DNA of 64,000 nucleotides from Antechinus flavipes. Lineage: Eukaryota. The notes beneath the pieces were generated by a model. That model was not told where the DNA came from and did no database searches. It saw only the letters and a program-made list of their open reading frames with translations. Positions within the stretch are counted from its first letter, which is position 1. Every line of letters begins with the position of its first letter. Both the position numbers and the translations under genes were made by a program. Of the stretch, positions 26,101-35,914 are shown piece after piece. The stretch spans positions 219,480,001 to 219,544,000 of the forward strand of contig NC_067402.1 in assembly GCF_016432865.1 (NCBI RefSeq), written 5' to 3'.

Positions 26101-27234
26101 AGGGGCTGCCAGGGAACCTGGATGCTGCTGTCTACTCTCCCCGTACAAAATGGATCCACTTCTTTAAGGGTGAGGAAGGAATAAGGTGTTTTTAAAAAAG
26201 GGAATAAAGTCTGTTTTAAGAAGATAAAGATTTGGCATTTGAGCTTTTCTAGGGGAAAAAGGGAGAAGTCCAGATCTATGGTTTTCTTGGTATAGGGAAC
26301 TCCCAGTATGGAAAACTCCTTTCATTGTTGTAGACTAGTATCTTTTCTGTTTTAGCTATTGTCTTAAAGAGTTACCAGGAGGCACTGAGAGATTTAGTGC
26401 CTTAAAATCATAATGCTAGTTTTTGTCAGGGGTAGTACTTGAACCCAGGTCTTTCTGATTCTATTAGATCCTCTCTCTGATTCCCTGGAAAATAAAGAAA
26501 AATTGTGAAAGGAAGGGATAAAGATATACTGAAGGCCTTTTCCTCTCTCCCTAATCTCTTTAGGCAATATGATCTGGCGCTATATGGGCTTCAAACTGGT
26601 CCCTGGCTTCCCTAAGCGGCTAAGAGATGTGGGACCCAACTTGGATGCAGCTCTGTACTGGCCCCTCAACCAGAAAGTTTTCCTCTTCAAGGTACAAAAT
26701 CTTTAACTTTGTAAAAGTATAAGTGCCTTAACGGGAGGGACTGTTTTTTCTTTAGGGCTTTGCTTTGCCAATAAAGGGAATTGGCATTCCCTTTAGGAAT
26801 AGTGATGGTGGTGAGGAAATCCTTTCCCAGTGGAAATACAGCATCCTTAAAAATACTTTTTAAGGGGGAGGGGCTGCTGCCCTGGAAAGGAGAACTACAA
26901 AGGTGCTGCAGGAAATTCTTGACACTTTTTCTTTTATTCTTAGGGCTCTGGGTATTGGCAGTGGGATGAATTGGCAGTGAATGATTTCAGCCGTTACCCC
27001 AAGCCAATAGGAAAGCTGTTCACTGGAGTGCCGGACAAGCCCTCTGCAGCTTTGAGCTGGCAGGATGGCAAAGTCTACTTCTTTAAGGGTAAAAAGTACT
27101 GGCGCCTGAACCAGCAGCTCCGAGTGGAGAAAGGCTTTCCCAAGGACACTTCTCAGCACTGGATGCACTGTCTCCCTCCAACCATGGATATCTCAACCTC
27201 AACCACCATTTCCACCCCAATAACTGCCCACTGA
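18904..27234 (+). CDS. MMP19: Matrix metalloproteinase-19, 9 coding exons: join(18904..18993,19350..19438,21165..21295,21501..21716,24661..24906,25363..25505,26005..26169,26564..26691,26944..27234). Exon 6 is 143 nt and breaks frame as assembled.
   Basis: All introns are GT-AG with compatible phases except exon 6. Signal peptide [18 protein letters not shown]; [12 protein letters not shown]; cysteine switch PRCGLED; zinc motif [11 protein letters not shown]; Met-turn ALMAPVY; hinge [14 protein letters not shown]; hemopexin blades ([39 protein letters not shown]); TGA at 27232-27234. Exon total is 1499 nt, i.e. 499 aa if one base is restored. Confidence 0.97.
19660..19910 (-). mobile_element. 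MIR/Mar1-type SINE in MMP19 intron 2
   Basis: ccccattttacagttgaggtaactgaggc core and aagtgtctgaggccagattt...cctaactgcc head. Confidence 0.75.
19920..20075. other. Assembly gap (156 N)
   Basis: N run. Confidence 1.
20076..20230 (+). repeat. (GA)n / G-run polypurine tract next to the assembly gap
   Basis: Direct reading. Confidence 0.9.
22200..22385 (+). repeat. (CT)n/(CTGT)n polypyrimidine microsatellite, followed by an old L1 3'UTR (-) at about 22385-22690
   Basis: Direct reading. The L1 3'UTR matches copies at about 11160-11460 and 50330-50640. Confidence 0.85.
22709..22864. other. Assembly gap (156 N)
   Basis: N run. Confidence 1.
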
Positions 27235-29211
27235 GCCACAAACAGGACCACATCTCTCTCAGTCCCAGATAACGCCTCTTCATTTCTTACTACCATCTTT
27301 GCTCAGGAGTAGGAATTGACCCTACTTCTGTACCCTGCGAAAGACAGGACCATCAGCGATGGACAACCTACCTCTTGTCCTGGCAGTAGCACTTTGCCTC
27401 TGGGTTAAAGACTTGCCTTGACCTACACTGCATCTAGCCCTCCTGGATGACCACTACACTTTCCCCACCTTGGCAGGGCTACTTTTTCTTTTCTATCTAA
27501 CATTAACCACGCCCTAGCTAGGCATAACTTCTTCCTTATCTAGGATACCATCAGTTAACTCCTTGTCTAAGAACAGCTCTGGATGTCAGGGGCCATCTCT
27601 CATTTTAACTGTTGACTATACACAGACTATGTCTTCAGGATTAGGAGTAGAGGGAAAGGGATGTTTGCCAACTGGGACCAAAAAATGTTTCTAGAGCTTG
27701 GTGTGGTTAAATTTTCTTTGCAATTCTTGCTGTAATTAATGCATAGCCTTGAAGAGCTCGAATGAGATATTCCGAAAAATATCTCAAAGATATTGAGACA
27801 AAATATGTCACTTTTTAAAGTGAAGTTAATATGATTCAGTGATCAAATGATAAAACAACTCTCCCTGGGAGTTGTGATCTCTCACCACAGATGTGTTTCT
27901 TTTATGCACTGATCATACACTAATTTATAAAAATTATTGTTGTAAATGTCTTATTATTCCTATTAGATTGTAAACCCCTGGAGGGCAAGGACTAAGTCTT
28001 ATTTAAGTTTTTATCCACCTAAGCACCTAGCAGTGTGCTTTTCAAAATTAGATGCTTAGTATGTTTGTTGAACTAATGAAAGAAAGAAATCAGATCACGC
28101 ATTTATTAAACTCTAAGCACTGGACTAAGGAAGAAAAGAATGTAAGAATAGGCTATTAATATAAGTGATGAGACTTTTAAAACTAGATGCCAATTTTAAG
28201 TGTAAGGAAGCAAGGATCTACTCCCCTGGGCACCAGAAGACACAAAATAAGTTGGGTAACAGATTGGTCTGCAGGAGGATCAAATTTGTCAGTATACCTC
28301 TGATTCTAATGATTGGTTCCATTTAGAAGGAAATATGGAGAAGTAGAGATAGAAGAGAGCAATTTGTCAGGTTAGCTTATCTTGATGAAAGTGTCCTTTA
28401 AAAGCATTAATTCTTTGCAATGTTTCTATGTTCACCGTGCAAACTTTTGATCTCTATAATTCGGTTTTCAGATGAGAATGCCTATGATTGGTATTGGTTA
28501 TTTAGTTGGATATATTTATTTTTGCCAATGAATAAACTGGCATCCATAATTGGGATGACTTGTGATTTCTGCTTAAATGAACTAATTCCTCAGAGCTTAT
28601 CATTTCCAAATGATATTTTTTAACCAACAATATTATTACTAAATATTTTAAAGATACGAGCATGTTTTCAAATTTTGTTTTTTCCTTACAAATTTTATAG
28701 GATTAAATGGGGAAGGGAACTAAAAAAAAAAAAGTGGAAACATCCATTAAGCAAAAATCTGAAAGTTCTTTCAGAAAAAATGAAAAAATTCTGAAATAGA
28801 ATTCATGAGTCTGTAGAGCTGAAAATCAGAACATAATCCTAAGCTTTCCTACAAGGTTTCAGAGGCATATTGGTGTAATAGAAGCTTAGCTTTGGCCCAG
28901 AATCCTGCCTGGTCTTACCTTAGAGACATATTATCAGTGGTAACCTGGGAATTTCATTTGACCCATGAATCGCCCAGGGGAACTCTTGACTCTCAATAGG
29001 TGGGCTGCTTAATCTGCATTAGTAGAAGGAATTCCTTACACAAATAAAACCTCATATCTCTAAGTAGCAATTGTTTTTCCTTTAGAGAAGTGCCTTGTAC
29101 CTAATTGACATTTAGTAAATCTTTGTTGAATTAGATTGAAATAATTCCATCTAAGAAAAAAAAGAGGAAATAGGGAAAGTCTGGAGCACCTGGTTCAATC
29201 TTCAATGTCAT

Positions 29212-29217
29212 TTTATT
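29212..29217 (-). terminator. Candidate polyadenylation signal (AATAAA) of TMEM198B
   Basis: TTTATT on + about 1 kb past the stop codon, followed on - by a U-rich downstream element. Confidence 0.55.
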
Positions 29218-30239
29218 TACATACCATCAATATCTCTCCCCTCCCTCTGCCCTGGTATCCATTTGTATTCCTTTACGTCATGGGGGGAAGTTTATGGACA
29301 CTAGAACCGACTGGAAATGTTAGGACAGGGTTAGTGGCTGAAGTGGAGATGCAGTTAGCATGTTAGTGTCCTATAGGGCTGAGAGGCTGCTGGCATCTGT
29401 CAGTCTCCCATTTTGCCACCCTTATACTTCCTGCAGCTTTCCCCAGAGCTGCCTCCTTCTCTTCACCGAAAGGAGCCAGCAAGGGGCAGAGTCTACGTGG
29501 ACTCTGACCCAGTATATACAAGCAGGAGAGGAGGCAAAGGAGGAAGCACCAGGGAGGACAGAGCCCCCAAATGAGGTAGGAATGGGGCTCAGGCACTGGA
29601 AGTGTCGGGGAGAAAAGAATATTGAGTGTTATAACCCACTCCCTTCATTAGCCTGAGATTTGAGGAGTTAAGGAGAGCCAAAAGGGATCCTTCCTTTCCC
29701 TTTCTTCCCAGAAAGGAATTATATTTGTCTTTAGAATCTTTAGAGATTCCCTGATTTTTCACAGGATCTTCAAAAACTTTTACCCCATACTCCCATTTTG
29801 AGGCACAGAATTTGGGTGGTACAAAAGGAAGTTATATTGTAGAAGGGAGAAAGGTCCTTCCAGGGTTGGGGTCATGGTTGGTTGGGCAGTAATATTGAGT
29901 TTTAGGATTGACAGAGAATTCCAGGAATTCCAGGACCATCTCTATATTTTGAGCAGAGGTGAAAATTTGGTTCTTCCACTCCCCCCTTTCTCCTTCAATC
30001 TCCTTCCAGCTGTCCCCAGCTCCACCCTGGTACATTCTCCTTCAGGGTTGGGCTAGACTACATTTCATGCCCTCTCCCTCCACCCCCAGAGGAAATATGC
30101 ATTTCCATATATGTTTATTGTTGGAAAATTCTACCTCTTTTGTCCAAGCATTGACCACCTGGTGCTCTGAACCTTCTCTCTAAGGCACAAGTGTAGGGTG
30201 TGTGTGTGAGGGGGTATGTGTGTGTGTGTGTGTACAGGC

Positions 30240-32519
30240 TCAGGTTTGGTTGGAGCGAGTGGGTATGGTGAGGGGCACGGTGGAACCACAGTCAGAGTCT
30301 ACGTCCAGGATGGCATGATGGGGAGTACCCACAGTGCTTGGCCCCAGCTGTCGATCCCGGAGACTCTGAAGATAGCTCTGTAGGGTAAGTAAGACCAGGA
30401 AGAAGTGGGGAAGGGAGAGAAGGGCCGAGGTCAGAGGGCCTGGCTCTTCCTATTTTCTCCTCCCACCTTCCCTGCCCACTTACGGGTGCCAGGCTGTCAG
30501 CTGGGCTCCGGGATCGGTGTGGGACCTGTCGACGGTAGCTGCCCTCACTGGATGCTGCCCCAGAATTCTGCTGCCACTTGGCCTCCTGCTGGCGGATCCT
30601 AAGAAGCTGGAGGCCCTTTAGTCGATGACTCAATACTGCTTTGGAAGAAATAGGGACTAAATTGGGACCTTTTCAAAATCCATTTCAAAGCCAATCTCCA
30701 GTACTTCAGGGAGATTCTCATTTTACTTAGGTTAAATATCCATTTAACCTACATGCTTCAGTTAGTCCCAAGATGAACTACCCATCAACTTTCCTCAGAG
30801 ATTTCCTTCCTTTTAGATTTCTCCTTCTGTTCTCTTTTCTCTCTAATCTTCCTTTACTTCCTATAAAATCTTTTCATATAGGATATCCCCTAATAATAAC
30901 TTTCTCTATTCCTCTTTTCTAAAGTCCTAACTAACCTCCAGGACTTCTATCCTAGCAAATTCTACACTCTTACTCTCACTGCTATGTGGCAGTAATACCC
31001 TTCGTTTTGTCCCCTGATAACCTTTGGAAGCTACCTTCACCAGGTCAGAGAGTCCCATGCATCCCCCCCAAATATATATATTTATTTCCTCCCTCTCCCC
31101 AAACCAGGCATTTGAGGTCAGGAATGAGGTAGCAGAAGAGAATGGGGAGAGAGATAGTGTCAGTATCAAGAGTCTAACTTACCATCATCATGGCCTCTGT
31201 GTTCCTCGGCTGTGAGTCTCCACTGAGCAAGGGCCCCAAGTGCCCCCAGGGCAGGCCAGGCACCCAGCAGGGCCCAGCTGTACCAGCAGAGGGGGGGCAG
31301 GGCAGGCAATGCCTGAAGCCGCTGACCCAGGCGCCCACCTAGTGCCAGCCCTTCCAGGAAGTAGTCAGCACAGCCCACCAGTACAGCCGCTCCCAGAAGG
31401 GCTGTGCCTAACACGGTGAAAGGTCGGGGCCAGCGGAGGGTAAGCAAGGCACCTAGAAGTGCCAGTCCCACCAGGCCCCCTGTTGGCACCCAAGCTGAGG
31501 GTGGTTGGTAGATGGGCTCAGTGCCCAGAAGGGCGCCTGCCCCTAGGGTCAGGCCCAGCAGGAGGCCTGTCAGGAAGAGCCCCACGCTTCGGACTAGCAT
31601 GGTGACCAGCCCACAGAGGAGGCCAATGCCCAGCGCGATGCCCGCGCTCACCTCCAGGCTCAGTTGTGTCTCCAGCACCCGCTCCTTGTGGCACAACAAG
31701 AAGATTACCAAGGCTCCAGAGAGCAGCCCGGACAGGAACATCACCGCCTTGAAGCATCGGTAGCCTGGGGGGACACCAGATATCAGGGCAGGACCCAAGG
31801 GGTTGGGCACTAGGAGCTTGAGACAAGACAGGGAGAAGCCAGAGCAGGATAACATCAGCAAGGAATGGGAGGTACAGCAGGGACAGGTGCTGCAAGGAGG
31901 AGGCAATGTGCAAAACTTGGAGGCATGGGGTGGGAGGCAGAGGAGAGTGTTGACAGACTCAGGAACTGGGTAGAAGAGGCAAATAATGGGATGGAAGCCT
32001 TGCTGAGGGGAGTGGGCATAAATAGGGAAGAACTAAGGAGGGAAAGAGGGCACCTTCCCTTAGAAGACAAAGAATTCAGTTTAGTGGGGAACAGTGATAA
32101 GCGAAGAGAGGATGCCGTGAAGGTGGACAACAGCCAGAAGGACGGGAAATATTGGGAAAGGCAGAAAAAAGCTGTTAGTGAAGCAGAAAAGTGGAGAAGA
32201 GAAGATGTTATGAGTTGTGATTACTATATTAGTGTCATACATTAGTGTGGTACTGAAAGAAAAAGATATCAATGTTGAGAAGCCGGCAGATTGTGGCAGC
32301 TCCCGCCCAGGATGCAGCTTTGTCTTTGTCTCTATTTTCCTCACCAAAGCAGCAGTAGATGACTCCAAAAAAACAGCAGAGAGCACAGGCCAGCGCAGGA
32401 CCCAGCTCAGGGTTGTCTTGAGGCTCCAAGACACATTGTACTTCTGGAGGCTCTGGGAGTTGCTGATTAAAGAGTCTGGGGTCCGAGGTCACAGTCAAGG
32501 AGGGTGGAGCTTGATCCAT
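30240..32519 (-). CDS. TMEM198B: Transmembrane protein 198-B, intact, 4 coding exons: complement(join(30240..30377,30484..30638,31183..31764,32345..32519)), 349 aa (348 aa with the distal NAGNAG acceptor at 30635)
   Basis: GCC-ATG-G start at 32519 ([24 protein letters not shown]...[14 protein letters not shown]), then [15 protein letters not shown]...[22 protein letters not shown]...[23 protein letters not shown] and [13 protein letters not shown]...NQT-stop. GT-AG boundaries in phases 1/1/0, no stops. Position between MMP19 and DNAJC14 matches TMEM198B, not TMEM198. Confidence 0.93.
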
Positions 32520-33269
32520 GGCCAAAGTGACCAGCTCTTCTGTTTATTCACAGAAGTTTGAGGGGGTTGGGCAACCTGTAAGGAGGAGCAGAATCTGCTC
32601 AGAGAAACCCCTGAGAGGCCTTGTTGGCAACTCAGAGGGCCTTGAGGGATGTCTTGATAGTTTAACTCTTCAACCCAGTTATCTGGAATGGGGATGCCTA
32701 TCTTTGCTGGGATGGAGATGCCTAAATCTGCTGGAAATATTCTAATGAATAGAGTGAAAAATATCATGAGTAGGCAGTGTGATATAAATGAGCATTAGAT
32801 TTGGAATCTGAGATTCTGGATTTGAATTGTCTTGCAACAGTGAAACAAAATTCTGTGGTAACCTTGATCACAACTTCTGTGAGATCTAGTAAACTCATCT
32901 GTAAATTGATGGGAATGAACTGGATCTTATGGTCCTATTAAGCAAGCTCTGGATAATTTGGGAGGGATTGATGGATGTTGGGGTAAAATTAGACTTCAGG
33001 TCTTTCTTGGGGGTGGGGTGGGATGGAAATGGGAATACAAGGGCCAGGAATGCTGGTTATAGAGTAGTTTTTTTGATTAGCTTTGATTAGGGCTTCCAGA
33101 AGCAAGTTCTGGAAGAAAGATCCCATGTGTGCTAAACCCCCAACTCTGCACAGTATAAAAAGGTTGGAGGTTAATGGGGGGAAGTAAAGAAAAATGATTC
33201 ATGGTGGTGATGGGGGGAGGTCCTAAGCATCTTCATAGCAGCTGAATAAAGAGAAAAAGTTAATAAAGG

Positions 33270-33430
33270 AAAAAAGTGATGAGAGAGAGGGGCCAGGAAG
33301 AGGGAGGGAGGAAGGGAGAGAGGAAGAGAGAAGGGGAGAGGGAGAGGTAGAGGGAGAAGGAGAGAGAGAGAAAGAGAGAGTGAGAAAGAGAGGAGAGGGA
33401 GAGGGAGAGAAAGACAGACAGACACACACA
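33270..33430 (+). repeat. GA-rich polypurine microsatellite in the TMEM198B 5' intron
   Basis: Direct reading. Confidence 0.85.
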
Positions 33431-33928
33431 CTTCTGGAGACCCAGAGAAAGAAACAAGGACATAGAAAGTCTGTAGGACTACAGATCTTACAGCTTTTTG
33501 GAGCCTTGTCTAGGATCAGATCCTGGGACAGAGTTGTTGGAGAGAACAGTGCCGTTGCTCTAAGATCCCTCTTCCTTCTTGTTCCTGTCTGAATGGGCAC
33601 TCTGCCCACTGGCACCCCATGTCTTAGCATAAATCCCCTTTGACCAACTCAGGATGGCATTCTTCCCGTTCTCCCCCCTTTGCCAGTACATTGTACAAGT
33701 TGATAGAACTAATGAGTACCTTGAATAGGGACAGAGTTTAAAACGGGTTTGCATTTGGGGGCACTGGGTCTGGGAAGAATGTATTCCTTCCTTGCATTTG
33801 GTTATCAAAGTTCTCAGCCAGCTGCAGAAATCGGAGCCTCCAGCTCCGGACTTCCCACCCCATCCCCCTTCTGATGTCTGGGGCTTCCATCCTAGGACAG
33901 GATGGGAAGTGGGGCAGCAATTACTCAC

Positions 33929-34088
33929 CACCCTGCTTGGACCTGGGGACACTTTCCTAGACTCCTAGTGGCATCTCGGCTCGGGGGACGACCATGGGTG
34001 GTGGACGGTGGGGGAAGTAGTTCCTTTGGTAGCACTCAAAACTCTTGCTAACAGTGCAGTCCAAGCCCAGGCAACTCAATGCAACCAG
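33929..34088 (-). other. Candidate non-coding 5'UTR exon of TMEM198B (160 nt)
   Basis: Minus strand: pure pyrimidine tract plus CAG acceptor at 34089-34091 and GTG|GTGAGT donor at 33929. An upstream donor GGA|GTGAGT lies at 34231, and a downstream acceptor cctccttacag opens the ATG exon at 32575. Confidence 0.55.
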
Positions 34089-34169
34089 CTGGGGGGAGGG
34101 GGGAGGGAGGAAGGAAACTGGGAACTGCGGTGGGGGAGGGGGATGGAGTGCGTGTGTGGGGGGTGACAT

Positions 34170-35830
34170 CACGGGGCAGGTCTAGCCAACCCCACCTCCG
34201 GGGGGGGGGGGCGTAAAACAGGGAACTCACTCCCCTAGCTGGAGTCTTGAGACCCGAAACCTTGTCCAGGAAGGGTTTGGAGAGGAGGGCATCTCGACGC
34301 TCTTGGACAAGGGACTCGAAACACTCTGAGGGCTACTCCTTTGCTTCCGCACTCCCCGAAATCTCCACTGGGGTCCCAGCGCCCCCCAACTCCGGTTTGG
34401 TTTCTTCCACTTCCCAGAGAATTGGAGTATTGTCTCCTGGAGAAAAGGGGTCGGCATCCTGGCCCCCGGGCAGTAGTCAAGGGTTCGGGGCGCCGACAGG
34501 GAGTGAGGCGGAGACTGGGGTATCTGGAAGCCCTTGGGAGAAAGACTCAGACGGGGGAAAGAAATTTCGTTAGGGGGAGAAGGGCGGGAGGTCTTCCTTT
34601 CCGTGAGGTTCAGAGGATTTCAGCCTCTGGATCAGACTCGCACTTATGCAAACCAGATGCAAAGCCGGGGTTCCCAGACTCCAGGCTCGCGCGCTGACCT
34701 CCCCCAGCCGCTCCGCACGTCCTCTGTCCTTCCGACCCCTGCCTTGTCGGTAGCGTGGCCTGAAAGCCGAGTCAGGAGGGAACCGGGGAGGACAGTGGCA
34801 GCCAGAGCCGGAGTGGGAGCCAGAGCTACGCTGGGCAGCACAGATCGACTCGCCAGCTCTCCCCCGCCCCATCACACTGGCCCGGCCTGGGCAGGCGCTG
34901 GGGAGTCTCGAGAGTTGCGGGGGAGGGAGGAACAGTACCGGACTCTCGGAGGCCGGCAGAGGATGGGCCAGGGGTGGTCTCCTCTCCGCCCAATTTCCTT
35001 GGGACACAAAGAAGCCAAGTTCCCCTAGGCTGCGGTCTGGGGGCGGGGAATGGGAGAAAAGGAGCAGGGCGGGATTCGCTTTCTTCTGATCCCGAGGGGA
35101 AACTGAGGCATGGGGGGGCGGGGCTCTTGCTGAGCCTTTCAGTCTCTTCGAAGATTCGGAAATCGCAGCTCTCCCGTTCCACAGTTGCCTGTAGCACCCG
35201 TCTCCTCCCCCCCATCTTCCAGGGCCGTACTGTGCTCTAAATTCCAGATTGCAGCTCGGGCGGACACGGGCCCTTTAAAGGGGTGGGTCTTCTTGCCAGC
35301 ACGAACTGCCTCTCGCTGGATCGGACACGCGCGTGCCCCAAACCAACCGCTGTTGCTCCTCCCTTCCCTGCCGACCCCGGAAGTGAAAGTCTGCGGAGGT
35401 CGGCAGCAGCGGGGACGGAAGGCGGAAGCGGAGTCTGAGCGGGAGGCCGAGCCGGGGGAGCGGCTCTTGTAGCTCCCCCGGGCTCCGGACCTCGCAGGAA
35501 GGAGGGCGTTACTGCCGCTGCCTGGTTTGTCTCTCTTCGCCACCCCTGCCGCTTTAACCCCCGCGTCAGACCCAGCCTCGGGTTCCGGGGCGCCTTCCCC
35601 CAACCCCTCCGGCCCCGCCCCACCCCTCCCTTCTCTTCCCGCGGCTCCCCTGTTTCCTCGCCCTCTCCCGTTAGGAGCTCTTCCCCTTCGCGGGTTTATC
35701 TCCTTCCGCACGTGTGTGAGGCTCTGCTCCTCTGGTTTGCCTGAGGGCTTCATGATGGGGGACGGAGGAGACTGTGGCAGTTCCTGCTCTTTGACAAGTG
35801 GGTCTGAGCCGGGAGTAGGGAGAAGCTTCC
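34170..35830. promoter_or_regulatory. CpG island / bidirectional promoter of TMEM198B (-) and DNAJC14 (+), with ETS/GABP motif CCGGAAGT at 35377-35384
   Basis: High GC and CpG density in an otherwise CpG-poor window; lies between the two divergent 5' ends. DNAJC14 coding-exon acceptor at 35857/35858. Confidence 0.85.
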
Positions 35831-35914
35831 CAATTTGACGCCTCCCTTTTGTTGCAGGCACCTGAAGTCTTCATGATGGCTGTGACCTAAATTCCTTCAG
35901 GAAGCCCCGGGGTC

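Noticed and set aside
27235-28540. MMP19 polyA site
   Set aside because: No convincing signal near the stop; ATTAAA at 28105 and AATAAA at 28531 sit in or near repeat debris, so no call was made.
32520-32525. ORF-track start MAMDQ for TMEM198B
   Set aside because: That first codon is TTG; the real ATG with GCC-ATG-G context is at 32519.
35385-35857. DNAJC14 non-coding first exon boundaries
   Set aside because: Only weak or too-close donors (GAG|GTCGGC at 35398, CAA|GTGGGT at 35797); not supportable from sequence alone.
34227-35874. Many long overlapping ORFs (100-240 aa) on both strands
   Set aside because: Expected artefact of a GC-rich CpG island; Pro/Gly/Arg-rich with no recognisable domain.
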